Shown: positions 49,786-59,091 of the stretch, in pieces
How the letters are laid out: the number at the start of each line of letters is the position of its first letter
Position numbering within the stretch: position 1 is the first letter of the stretch
NCBI GenBank assembly: GCA_963668355.1
Contig: OY764265.1
Location: 64,001-128,000 of the forward strand
Direction: 5' to 3'
DNA from: Bdellovibrionota bacterium
GTDB taxonomy: Bacteria; Bdellovibrionota_G; JALEGL01; DATDPG01
Length of the DNA stretch: 64,000 bases
Notes under the pieces: generated by a model
What the model was told of the DNA's origin: nothing
Seen by the model: the letters and a program-made list of their open reading frames with translations, nothing else
The model's database searches: none
Translations under genes and position numbers: made by a program

Positions 49786-50367
49786 ATGAAGCGAATAGGC
49801 GTATTTTGCGGATCGGCAGCAGGTAAAAACCAAGCAATTCAACAAGTTACACAAGAACTCGGACGTCTCATGGTTCAAAGAGATCTCTCTCTGGTCTACG
49901 GAGGAGCTTCCGTGGGTTTAATGGGCATGTTGGCGGACCAAGTCCTTCAATCTGGCGGACAAGCTTATGGAGTCATCCCCAAAGCCATTGAACGCAGAGA
50001 AATTGTCCATCGCGGACTGACGGAACTTTATGAAACCGAAACCATGCATGAGCGCAAAACGACGATGGCCAATCTTTCCGACGCCTTCCTCATTCTTCCG
50101 GGTGGATTCGGCACGCTGGATGAATTTTTTGACGTCACAACCTGGGCCCAACTGGGAAGCCATCAAAAACCCATCGGCGTTCTGAACATCGCCGGATATT
50201 ACGACGGACTCTTCACATTCTTCCGCCGCGGCATCGAAGAACAATTCATTTGGCCCGAACATCGCAAATTCATCTACCTCGAAGAAGATCCCACAAAAGT
50301 CCTCGACCAACTCGAAAAACACGAACCCCCCAAGGTCGACAAATGGGTCCCCTGGGACAAAATCTAA
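49786..50367 (+). CDS. LOG-family nucleotide phosphoribohydrolase (TIGR00730-like)
   Basis: VFCGS, LVYGG, MHERK, PGGFGTLDE. Confidence 0.92.
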   Translation: MKRIGVFCGSAAGKNQAIQQVTQELGRLMVQRDLSLVYGGASVGLMGMLADQVLQSGGQAYGVIPKAIERREIVHRGLTELYETETMHERKTTMANLSDAFLILPGGFGTLDEFFDVTTWAQLGSHQKPIGVLNIAGYYDGLFTFFRRGIEEQFIWPEHRKFIYLEEDPTKVLDQLEKHEPPKVDKWVPWDKI

Positions 50368-50428
50368 CCAACCGGGGTCAGGTCCCATCTGAGATTTTTA
50401 GGCTTAAAGCCATCTTCGATAGAAGTTG

Positions 50429-50884
50429 CTAAGATTCGGATTGTTCGGGTTCCGTCTTTTCTTCCTGAGAACTTTCTGAGTCCTGGGCAGGTGTAGCCTT
50501 GGCGGCCGCGATTTCTTTGGCGCGCTCCAAATCCTCTTCCTTAAAAAGCTGTTTCACGGTTTCCGGAGGCCGACCAAATACCGCTTTCACACCCCGAAGC
50601 ACAATGGGCCGCTGCAATAAAGAAGGCTCTTCCGCAATCCCAGCAACCAGCCCCTCTTCATCATTCAAATCCAATTCGAGTTCCTTGAAGGCGGGCTCTT
50701 TTTCTCGAACCATGTCTTTGATTTCCACACCCAATTTGGAAGCCAAATGTCGAAGCATTTTGGGTCCTGGCGGAAGCTTCAAATACTCAATGATCATGGG
50801 GTCAACCCCATGGTCCTTCAGGATTTGAAGAGTCTCCTTGCTCTTACTGCAACGAGGGTTGTGATACATAATCCATTCACTCAT
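50429..50884 (-). CDS. arsC: Glutaredoxin-type arsenate reductase family protein with an acidic tail
   Basis: YHNPRCSKS, LLQRPIV, GRPPE. Confidence 0.85.
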   Translation of the reverse strand: MSEWIMYHNPRCSKSKETLQILKDHGVDPMIIEYLKLPPGPKMLRHLASKLGVEIKDMVREKEPAFKELELDLNDEEGLVAGIAEEPSLLQRPIVLRGVKAVFGRPPETVKQLFKEEDLERAKEIAAAKATPAQDSESSQEEKTEPEQSES

Positions 50885-51017
50885 AATTCACTGCTCTTTC
50901 TGTGGTCTGCTCAATTATTCAGCGGCGCAATGTTTGTAAAAATACGTGAGTATGGGAATGGCATCAAGTCCGTAAAATCAAAGCAAAAAGTGTTCAATCG
51001 GAGCAGCGACCATTAGA

Positions 51018-52613
51018 ATGAAAGGAGTGTCTTCGTTCGACCCCAAAAAAGGTTGCCAGCCTCTCTCCACGGGAATGCTTGGAGCCTTGGTCATGCTTCT
51101 CCTTGCCACGGCCTACGGCGTTTTCCAAGCCAATGTATTGCGCAAAGGTGGTCCTCAAATCCCGCTTTCGCTGCCCTGGATGCCGGAACTTTTCCAAATC
51201 AAAAACGTCTCCAGAACATTCTATGCTTTGGTCCTTTCTTTTTTAATCACCTTCGAGTTCATGGTCACGTGGCAGTTTTTAAAAAGACCCGTCCAAAAAA
51301 TCCTAACGCTTTTTGCAGCCCTCATCTCCGTTGGACTTTGTTTCATGATCGCCTCCGGCTATCCATGGTTTCTGAATTCCGAAACTTCCACATTTCTAGG
51401 GTGGACTTGGACACGATTTGAAGTGGCACTCACGCTGAGCTTTTTCATCCTGTTTTGTCCGTGGATCACCGAATTTGGAAACATCTGGCACCGCCAAAAG
51501 ACGCTTTCTTATCCCAAGCCTTCCAAAGCTTTTCGCTCGGCTCTGATTCGCTGGGGATCAAGCCTGGTCTTGTTTTCCATTTTTCTCCTGATCTTCTTTC
51601 AACATCCTTTTTATACGAATCACTTCTACGCAAAATGGAGACTCGCTTGCGCATACCTTTACACAGCCTTCCTCATTCTCGGCCTACCCTACGCATTTTT
51701 TACCGTCTATTTCAGATCGGGAAAATTTGAAGATCGGAGCGACCCAGGCCTCATTCTGTTTTTGATCTATAAGAAATTATTCGGGTTCATCTTCAAGAAA
51801 CGTCGATCTGAATTTACCCAACTCTTTCATAATCGACGTGTACGCGTGGTTCTCCTGGACCTATTGGTAAAAGTTTTCTTCGTTCCCGTAATGACGTCTT
51901 TTCTCTTTTCAGATGCCGATCGCTATCTATCCAAACTCGCCATGCTCTATTCCGCAACCTTTGGAGATGGAACCTGGGCCAAACAGTTTTGGTCGGTCCT
52001 TTATGGAACCACCTATCAGTCCATATTTGTCATGGACGTCTCCTTGGCCCTCATGGGTTATTTGGCCGCATCCCGATGGTTGGGAAACAAATCTAGAAGT
52101 GTGGAACCCACCGTGACCGGATGGATGGTCGCGATCATGTGCTACCCCCCTTTCAACTCTGTTTCGAGCGATTACCTCCCCCATGGAAATCGGTTCGGAG
52201 GACATCCCTTTTTAGACTTCACACAATATTCCTGGATTCCAGAATCTTGGGCCCATTGGATGGGCACGGCCCTGGATGGAACCTTTCAAGGAATTGTCCT
52301 GATCTGTTTTGCCATTTTTGCCTGGTCCACCATGGCGTTTGGCCTTCGTTTCAGCAACCTCACCCATCGAGGCATCATCACACGCGGCCCCTATGCCATC
52401 GTCAGACACCCCGCCTACATTGCTAAAGTAGTTGCATGGTGGTGTGAAAACTTGAGACGTTTTTCCAGCCCATGGCAATTCATCTTTTTACTGGGATGGT
52501 CCCTCGTTTATTATTTCCGCGCCATCACGGAAGAACGTCACCTCAAACAAGATCCCGACTACGTCACCTACACCCACCACGTAAAATACAAATTCATCCC
52601 AAAAATTTGGTAA
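51018..52613 (+). CDS. Multi-TM protein with a C-terminal isoprenylcysteine carboxyl-methyltransferase (ICMT/STE14) domain
   Basis: RFSNLTHRGIITRGPYAIVRHPAY, RAITEERHL, Y...VKYKFIP. Confidence 0.82.
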   Translation: MKGVSSFDPKKGCQPLSTGMLGALVMLLLATAYGVFQANVLRKGGPQIPLSLPWMPELFQIKNVSRTFYALVLSFLITFEFMVTWQFLKRPVQKILTLFAALISVGLCFMIASGYPWFLNSETSTFLGWTWTRFEVALTLSFFILFCPWITEFGNIWHRQKTLSYPKPSKAFRSALIRWGSSLVLFSIFLLIFFQHPFYTNHFYAKWRLACAYLYTAFLILGLPYAFFTVYFRSGKFEDRSDPGLILFLIYKKLFGFIFKKRRSEFTQLFHNRRVRVVLLDLLVKVFFVPVMTSFLFSDADRYLSKLAMLYSATFGDGTWAKQFWSVLYGTTYQSIFVMDVSLALMGYLAASRWLGNKSRSVEPTVTGWMVAIMCYPPFNSVSSDYLPHGNRFGGHPFLDFTQYSWIPESWAHWMGTALDGTFQGIVLICFAIFAWSTMAFGLRFSNLTHRGIITRGPYAIVRHPAYIAKVVAWWCENLRRFSSPWQFIFLLGWSLVYYFRAITEERHLKQDPDYVTYTHHVKYKFIPKIW

Positions 52614-52714
52614 GTGACCGATTTTCCTCCCTCCTGTCCAAGTTTCGGTCTCATTTTCTTACTCAAACAAACTTTCTTTTCTTTAAAATTCAATAGGTTG
52701 AAGGTTTTATCTTC

Positions 52715-52730
52715 TGGCATAAGGCTTGCG
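52715..52730 (+). promoter_or_regulatory. sigma54 promoter
   Basis: TGGCATAAGGCTTGCG. Confidence 0.65.
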
Positions 52731-52792
52731 TTTGTCGGTGGCGGTTGCTATGTGATGTTCACTTAATTTTTACAAATCATCCGGAGAAAGAC

Positions 52793-54541
52793 ATGCGTAA
52801 ATTGCTTCTGCTTTCATTCATTTGCTTTCAAATCAGCTCTTGTGGCTTGGAAGGACCGGTAAACGGTCCAGAGGAAGTTAAGCAAGAGGAAGAAGAATCA
52901 CTAAACATAACCCCCACCCCAACTCCTAATCCAACAAATACTCCAACTCCTACGCCGACTCCGACCCCAACACCAGCCCCTGGAATTCCGACAGTAACCG
53001 AAGTTTCTCCTGAACATGGTTCTACAAACGTAGATCTAAACACGATCATTTCAGCTTCTTTCTCTGAGCCACTTAATTCTTCCACCGTAACATCTGACTC
53101 ATTCTTCCTTACAGATGAATTCGGAGAAATTAACGCCTCAACAATCTATGAAGACTCATCACAATCTGCTTTTTTAACATCCAACGAAGATCTCGCTCTT
53201 AATCGAAATTACACAGCAACCTTAACAACAGCGATTACCTCTACAGAGGCGACTCCCATTCCAGAGACTTTTGAATGGTCTTTCAAGACTCGTGATGGGG
53301 TGTGGTCAGACATTCTGAATATCTCAGAGACCATCCTACATCCTGCCATCCCAAGCCTCGCCTTTTCAAGGAATGGGGAAGCTGTTTTAGCCTGGGATTA
53401 TTGTGACGATGGCTATTACCATGTTTTAGCAAAAAGCTATTCTCCAACTCAGGGATGGCAACCAGAAGAGTTTATCGAAAACATTAACAACTCTTTTCAC
53501 TCCAGGAGTCCCAATCCAGATGTGGCAATAAATGACCAGGGAAATGCAGTCGCCGTTTTTGCGATAGAGCCTGATGAACACGGCTTCGACATATATGCTA
53601 ATCACCACACAACGCAATCCGGTTGGCAAAATTTAGTTAAGATTGGGAATTTCAATAATTTGAATAATGCCTACCCAAAAGTTGCAATTTCGAACAACGG
53701 CTCCGCAACTGCTCTTTGGTTTCAATATGATGGCGAACGATGGAATATGTTCGCAAACAGATACCAATCTGGACAATGGCTGGGTGAAACAGCAATCGGA
53801 TACCACTCAGGAACTTTGGTAAATACGCCTGGAAGTATTGGAATGGATGACTCTGGAAATGCAATCGCGGTATGGCAAGAAAAGTATAATGGATTTTTCA
53901 GCATTTTTTCAAACCGATACGATGCCGACACAAACCGTTGGGTGGGAGCAACACTAATTGAACATTCCAATTTCGAGGCCTCTTCACCAAAAGTCGTTGT
54001 ACATCCAGATGGCAATGCAGTCGCTGTTTGGCTTCAAAAAGATAATTCGCGATTCAATGTTTGGGGAAATGTTTTTAGAAAGGGATTTGGATGGGGAGCC
54101 CCAACCATACTTGAAACCGACAATGATGGCCCTGCCTCCAGTGTGACTTTGTCGAATAATAAAAATAATAGCGTAATAGCCATGTGGATTCACTACGATG
54201 GAACTGACTATCGAAAGGTTTATTCTGTTCTTTATACTGAAGATTCCGGATGGACTTCCCCAACACTCATTCACAGCTATGAAGTGGGATCCGTTTCCCA
54301 ATTGGACATTGCACTTGATGATTCTGGAAATGGAATTGCGCTTTGGCAATACTTGGACGGGGGTACTGGAAGATATATTCACTCATCCAGGTACCATAGC
54401 TCTGAAAACTGGTCCGACCCAGTTTCACTAGGTTCTGGCGATACTCCACGAATTGGACTCAGTGGCAAAGGAAAAGGACTTGCTATTTGGTCCCAATACT
54501 TAGGTTCCGAAGGATATCTCTTAGGAAAGTTTTTCGAATGA
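52793..54541 (+). CDS. Lipoprotein with a Pro-Thr linker, an Ig-like (Big_5) domain and a repeat beta-propeller
   Basis: Lipobox ISSC; (TP)n; VSP.HG..NV......ASFSEPL; about 7 P.VA....GNA.AVW repeats. Confidence 0.8.
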   Translation: MRKLLLLSFICFQISSCGLEGPVNGPEEVKQEEEESLNITPTPTPNPTNTPTPTPTPTPTPAPGIPTVTEVSPEHGSTNVDLNTIISASFSEPLNSSTVTSDSFFLTDEFGEINASTIYEDSSQSAFLTSNEDLALNRNYTATLTTAITSTEATPIPETFEWSFKTRDGVWSDILNISETILHPAIPSLAFSRNGEAVLAWDYCDDGYYHVLAKSYSPTQGWQPEEFIENINNSFHSRSPNPDVAINDQGNAVAVFAIEPDEHGFDIYANHHTTQSGWQNLVKIGNFNNLNNAYPKVAISNNGSATALWFQYDGERWNMFANRYQSGQWLGETAIGYHSGTLVNTPGSIGMDDSGNAIAVWQEKYNGFFSIFSNRYDADTNRWVGATLIEHSNFEASSPKVVVHPDGNAVAVWLQKDNSRFNVWGNVFRKGFGWGAPTILETDNDGPASSVTLSNNKNNSVIAMWIHYDGTDYRKVYSVLYTEDSGWTSPTLIHSYEVGSVSQLDIALDDSGNGIALWQYLDGGTGRYIHSSRYHSSENWSDPVSLGSGDTPRIGLSGKGKGLAIWSQYLGSEGYLLGKFFE

Positions 54542-54555
54542 CTTCTAATTGGTTC

Positions 54556-54587
54556 AAAAAAGGGAGTGCTTCGCACTCCCTTTTTTT
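54556..54587. terminator. Bidirectional Rho-independent terminator
   Basis: AAAAAAGGGAGTGC-TTC-GCACTCCCTTTTTTT between convergent genes. Confidence 0.85.
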
Positions 54588-54596
54588 CGATTCTAT

Positions 54597-56762
54597 TTAC
54601 ATTGAACAAACATCAGTATCCCCAACTTGGTTCACAGCATGCCAAGAAAGACCTCCTGTAGTGGTTTGAGATGCGTAACCCACAAACCAAGTATTTTTAC
54701 TACCTGAGCTAGAAATAGATTCAGGAGCTGTCGAAGGAAGTTGAGACACACCGTTCAAACTCACGGTTGCACTTGGAGTATCCGTTCCAGAATAGGCATA
54801 TACACACAGAAGAAAATTTCCTGCTTCCGGGACAACCGATGATGTAGCCTGAACCCACACAGTTTCCGTTTTTGCCTGACAACCAATACAGTCCAAATCC
54901 AATCTCGCAATACCTCCCGTACTTGCATCAGTAGAAGTAGTTTGCGAACCCAGTTCTGTTGTCCAATCCAACGCCTCGTCATTGTCCTGAGCACAATTTG
55001 TATAGTGACAATCGGTAAGATTGCCCGCATTGCTTCGTCCTGCAAATGTTCCAGACGTCTTCACCAAATGTGTGTCCATATCAGTTAGGGTAAGCCAATT
55101 TATTGTGGCGGAAAATGCAATATCTTCAAGTCCTGCGGGTCGCCAATTAACGCTACCCACAGTAGACCCAATTTTTGCACTAGACGTTCCTAGATCTTCT
55201 GTAATCTGAACTTTAACGGTATTTTGTCCAGCTAACAGTGGCAGGTCTTCAATTGTAAACTGCCCCTCCGCATTGATGCTCCCAAGAATAATTCCGCCTT
55301 GTTGTGATCCTACAACGGTATAGCCCTTTACAATCGCAGATGTGGTAAATCCTTCTGCCGTTCCAGACACAGTCACCTTACTACTAATGGATTCACTCGT
55401 TCCATTCAGGACTTCTTCTTGTCCAGTATTAAGAATTGAAGTGATCGATACGCTGATGTCATCGTCCACAACCATAAAACCACATGTTGAAGAACCATTT
55501 AGGTCGATGTTATCGACAGCATCTCCACCTTTGTCATACACACCATCACCATCAACATCGAAAACAATGTCGTAGCATCCTGGCTCTAGAAGGTGAACAG
55601 GAGCAACCAAGCGACGTTGCTGATTTGTACAACCTGTTTGCACTTCATCCAGTGTTACAGGAATCACATCATCCAAAGGATCACCGTCATTCCAAATGTC
55701 TTGATGAGTAACAACCCATTTATTTACCCCGAATTTATGAACGAGTCGCCTTTGAGACTGAACCTGCGCATAGACATCTTCCCCTCGATTTCGACTAAAC
55801 ACGTCTTGATATGCGCGGTTTTTGTCCATCGCAATTTGCATTATTACGTGGGAATTTGAGTCATATGCATCTTGAACTGTAAAACCAACTCCACATAAAC
55901 CGCCTGGGTTGTTTTCATCCTGTGGAACAGGATCAATGATTTCGACAATATCGCCTTCCGTATAGGTACCACTTTGATCGACATCAATGACAACATCATA
56001 TATCCCCGTGCTCGCTGGATTCGCCCAGACGGGACTTGTGGTTGTGAAAATTCCCGACGTAAAATTGACAGTAACATTCATGTCGGCCCCGCCAGAAACA
56101 TCTGCCAACGCAACATTATCTCCGTAACCCAAACTACAACGATCGGAAATCACATAGATATCAACCGTATCTCCGTCGCTGACCCCAACACCTTCCTCAA
56201 TCGTGGCATAAACATTTGAAGAAGTTTTTAAAAATGATCGAGCACAATATCCATCTGCATTAGACGCACATGCCCTTGCAGCAGAATTAGTAAAGTTAAT
56301 GGTTCGAGCATCAAAAACCGGATTCCCATCTGAATCCAACACCAAGAACTCATAGTCCCCTGAGATCTGGCTGCGAATTCCACCCCCAAAAACCGCATCA
56401 ATTTGATCATCATACTTGGATGACAATGCATCAACTCGGCCGTCATTTGGAAATCGATTCGTATCTTTATCTCTTACATAGCAGTATGGAGAAACCGGAA
56501 TACTACCTTCGTTGTCAGAATAAACGTTTGACTCACACACAGTCGTTCCACTCGGATTATTCACTTGCACCGTATATTGTGTATTCGCGGACAAATTATT
56601 GATTTCGGCTGATACGGGTGCTGAGGAATCCAAAGACGAACTTTCAGATCCATCAGGACCAACTAACGCTACATCTGGGTTGCCTCCCGAAGAGCAAGCT
56701 GACAATGTAAAAGCCAAGATCAGAGCAAGGAACCCTGTTCCAAGAAGATGAGTATTACGCAT
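54597..56762 (-). CDS. Cys-containing surface lipoprotein with an internal duplication and a C-terminal YfaP/DUF2135-like domain
   Basis: Lipobox LSAC; two G.YD.V.DVD..G.Y..G.D repeats; W...TDMDTHL. Confidence 0.65.
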   Translation of the reverse strand: MRNTHLLGTGFLALILAFTLSACSSGGNPDVALVGPDGSESSSLDSSAPVSAEINNLSANTQYTVQVNNPSGTTVCESNVYSDNEGSIPVSPYCYVRDKDTNRFPNDGRVDALSSKYDDQIDAVFGGGIRSQISGDYEFLVLDSDGNPVFDARTINFTNSAARACASNADGYCARSFLKTSSNVYATIEEGVGVSDGDTVDIYVISDRCSLGYGDNVALADVSGGADMNVTVNFTSGIFTTTSPVWANPASTGIYDVVIDVDQSGTYTEGDIVEIIDPVPQDENNPGGLCGVGFTVQDAYDSNSHVIMQIAMDKNRAYQDVFSRNRGEDVYAQVQSQRRLVHKFGVNKWVVTHQDIWNDGDPLDDVIPVTLDEVQTGCTNQQRRLVAPVHLLEPGCYDIVFDVDGDGVYDKGGDAVDNIDLNGSSTCGFMVVDDDISVSITSILNTGQEEVLNGTSESISSKVTVSGTAEGFTTSAIVKGYTVVGSQQGGIILGSINAEGQFTIEDLPLLAGQNTVKVQITEDLGTSSAKIGSTVGSVNWRPAGLEDIAFSATINWLTLTDMDTHLVKTSGTFAGRSNAGNLTDCHYTNCAQDNDEALDWTTELGSQTTSTDASTGGIARLDLDCIGCQAKTETVWVQATSSVVPEAGNFLLCVYAYSGTDTPSATVSLNGVSQLPSTAPESISSSGSKNTWFVGYASQTTTGGLSWHAVNQVGDTDVCSM

Positions 56763-56913
56763 GGTTTTCTCCTAACGCGTTTAAGGTCTACGGATTCATG
56801 AAAATGAAGCTTATTCGATCGCCTCGTGCCCAACATGACACAGATCATCAAAAAAGTTCCTAGATATGAGCTTCGGCTTGCAAAAATGACGCGCTTTCTC
56901 TAGATTGGCGCTC

Positions 56914-57264
56914 ATGCTTCCAAAGAAGAAAGATGCGCATTATGCCGTCCACTACCGGAATCCCGAAGATGGTAAATCGGTCACGATCAAAGCTCGAACG
57001 ATTGCAGATTCCTCCTTGGGCATTACATTTGTGGCCATTTCGGATTTTATCTTCAAATCTAGCAAGTTGGTCGTCAATCCGGACGAGGAAGCCCTCATGA
57101 AGCGGTTTGAAAATGTAAAAACCCTTCACCTTTCGATTTACCACATCATTTCCATCGAAGAGGTGGGCGAAAGTGTGGATGGGATCACATTCAAACAAGA
57201 CAAATCGAATATCTTGGTGATGCCTGGAGCCGCCCCCACGCCTCCAACTCCTCCCAAATCGTAA
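56914..57264 (+). CDS. DUF1820-like hypothetical protein
   Basis: SDFIF....VVNPDEE.L...F..VK..HL....I.SIEEV. Confidence 0.6.
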   Translation: MLPKKKDAHYAVHYRNPEDGKSVTIKARTIADSSLGITFVAISDFIFKSSKLVVNPDEEALMKRFENVKTLHLSIYHIISIEEVGESVDGITFKQDKSNILVMPGAAPTPPTPPKS

Positions 57265-57269
57265 ATGCC

Positions 57270-58265
57270 ATGAAGGCCATGGCGCTCAGGGAGATTTCTC
57301 CCATTTCCTCTTCTCCCCTGATTTTGGAAAAACGAGAGATTCCCGCGCCGAAAGAGAATGAGCTTCTCATTCGCGTTTCATGTTGCGCCGTCTGCCGAAC
57401 GGATCTCCATGTAATTGAGGGAGATTTGCCTCCAAAACAACTACCCCTCATTCCCGGACATCAAATTGTCGGAATAGTGGAAAAGCGGGGAGAACACTGT
57501 GCTCGAATAAACCTGGGTGATCGCGTCGGAGCGGCTTGGCTGCGACACACGTGTGGTGAATGCGAATTTTGCCGTTCGAATCGAGAAAACCTGTGTCCAA
57601 ACCAACAATTCACGGGATATCACGCTGACGGCGGATACGCAGAATACGCAATTGTTCCAGAAGATTTTGCCTACCCAATCCCTACTCCTCTATCGGATGA
57701 ACAAGCAGCTCCCCTTCTCTGCGCCGGAATCATTGGATACCGCTCTTTAAAACGAGCGGAATGTCCCCCGAACGGCAAAATCGGTCTATATGGCTTTGGA
57801 TCTTCTGCGCACATCATCTGTCAAATTGCGCGACATCGTGGATTGGAGGTCTACGCCATCTCACGTACCCCTGATCACCAGGCATTGGCATTGAAACTAG
57901 GGGCTACGTGGGCAGGGCCGGCCAACGCCGTTCCGGTTCCTTTGGATAGCGCCATCATCTTTGCTCCCGTGGGAGAGCTCGTTCCTGTAGCCTTACGACA
58001 ACTCAAACGAGGAGGCACGCTGGCTCTCGCAGGCATTCACATGAGCGATATTCCGAGCATGAGTTATGAAGACCATCTTTTTTATGAAAAGAATATTCAT
58101 TCGGTCACGGCGAATACACGTCAAGATGGATTGGAATTGCTCCAAGAGGCTGCGGATGCTTCTGTAAAAGCTGAAATCAAAATCTACTCGCTCGACCAAG
58201 CTAACCAGGCCCTTCAAGACCTTAAATCCGACAAGATCAATGGAACTGGATTGTTGACCTGCTAA
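57270..58265 (+). CDS. Zinc-dependent alcohol dehydrogenase family protein
   Basis: CRTDLH, GHQ, CGECEFC..NLC, GFGSSAH. Confidence 0.92.
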   Translation: MKAMALREISPISSSPLILEKREIPAPKENELLIRVSCCAVCRTDLHVIEGDLPPKQLPLIPGHQIVGIVEKRGEHCARINLGDRVGAAWLRHTCGECEFCRSNRENLCPNQQFTGYHADGGYAEYAIVPEDFAYPIPTPLSDEQAAPLLCAGIIGYRSLKRAECPPNGKIGLYGFGSSAHIICQIARHRGLEVYAISRTPDHQALALKLGATWAGPANAVPVPLDSAIIFAPVGELVPVALRQLKRGGTLALAGIHMSDIPSMSYEDHLFYEKNIHSVTANTRQDGLELLQEAADASVKAEIKIYSLDQANQALQDLKSDKINGTGLLTC

Positions 58266-58939
58266 CTATCAAAAGTGAACAGTTCACTTTTGAAAGATTC
58301 GTAGGTGATTTCCCCAAGATCTTTGATCACTTGATCGGCCGTTTGAAGTCGATCCGGATTCTCATAACGGTCAATTCCCACCGTATACATGCCTCCGTTT
58401 TTACCCGCCTCAACGCCCAAGACAGCGTCTTCAAACACAACACAACATGCGGGTTTGAGGTTCATGCGCTCTGCGGCCATTAAAAATATTTGGGGATCTG
58501 GCTTTCCTTTAGTGATGTCATGCCCACAAACCAAAGCATCCAAATGTTTGGCCAGGCCAATGGTTTCCAAAATATAGGGAGCATTCTTGCTCGACGAAAT
58601 CACCGCAACTTTGATTCCGTTATCTTTCAATTCATGAATGAATTGAATCGTTGAATCATACTGGGGAATTTTCTCTTCTGACAAAAACTCAAGAAAATAC
58701 TTCTGTTTCTTGTCCGAAGCCTCAAGAATGGTTTTCTCGTCTTCCCCTTGCAGGATAAAGGAAGCTCCATCCACACGAGGGATTCCGTCCACCCCCTCCT
58801 TATACGCCTCGAAGTCAAATGAAGTGCGACCATACTCATCGGCCATTTTTTTCCACGCTTTGTAGTGAATGGGAACGGTATCCACCACCACGCCATCCAT
58901 ATCAAAAATCGCACCCTTCCAATCCATTCCATCCTCCAT
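58262..58939 (-). CDS. pgmB: Beta-phosphoglucomutase-family HAD hydrolase
   Basis: FDMDGV, SSSKNA, KPDPQIFL, FEDA..GV. Confidence 0.82.
   Translation of the reverse strand: MEDGMDWKGAIFDMDGVVVDTVPIHYKAWKKMADEYGRTSFDFEAYKEGVDGIPRVDGASFILQGEDEKTILEASDKKQKYFLEFLSEEKIPQYDSTIQFIHELKDNGIKVAVISSSKNAPYILETIGLAKHLDALVCGHDITKGKPDPQIFLMAAERMNLKPACCVVFEDAVLGVEAGKNGGMYTVGIDRYENPDRLQTADQVIKDLGEITYESFKSELFTFDS
58269..58293. repeat. Palindromic element TCAAAAGTGAAC-A-GTTCACTTTTGA
   Basis: Perfect 12-bp inverted repeat at a convergent junction, inside the 3' end of the HAD gene. Confidence 0.75.
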
Positions 58940-58994
58940 ATTTAACAAAAGACTCGCTCAGTAGAGCTAGTTTATCTGGACAGGCACAATTGAA

Positions 58995-59091
58995 AACCTC
59001 AACGATCTGCATACGGAATGTGAACATGGGAGGACCCACACCGGGCGGCCGGGCCCATGGGCACATTCCGTATGCAGATCGCCCCGAGGTA
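58995..59091. repeat. ~97-nt hairpin with a perfect 20-bp inverted repeat
   Basis: CGATCTGCATACGGAATGTG (59003-59022) pairs with CACATTCCGTATGCAGATCG (59062-59081). Confidence 0.85.

Noticed and set aside
44657..50884. Arsenic-resistance operon (arsR plus arsC)
   Set aside because: The genes are 5.5 kb apart on opposite strands, there is no arsB/acr3, and the ArsR lacks the helix-3 CxC As-binding motif.
52909..52980. Short-period DNA repeat
   Set aside because: It encodes an ordinary Pro-Thr linker with synonymous variation.
56815..56832. sigma54 promoter before the 721-aa lipoprotein
   Set aside because: GGCACG is present but there is no GC at -12.
58995..59091. SRP RNA or tRNA
   Set aside because: It lacks the SRP domain IV motif and cloverleaf/T-loop features.
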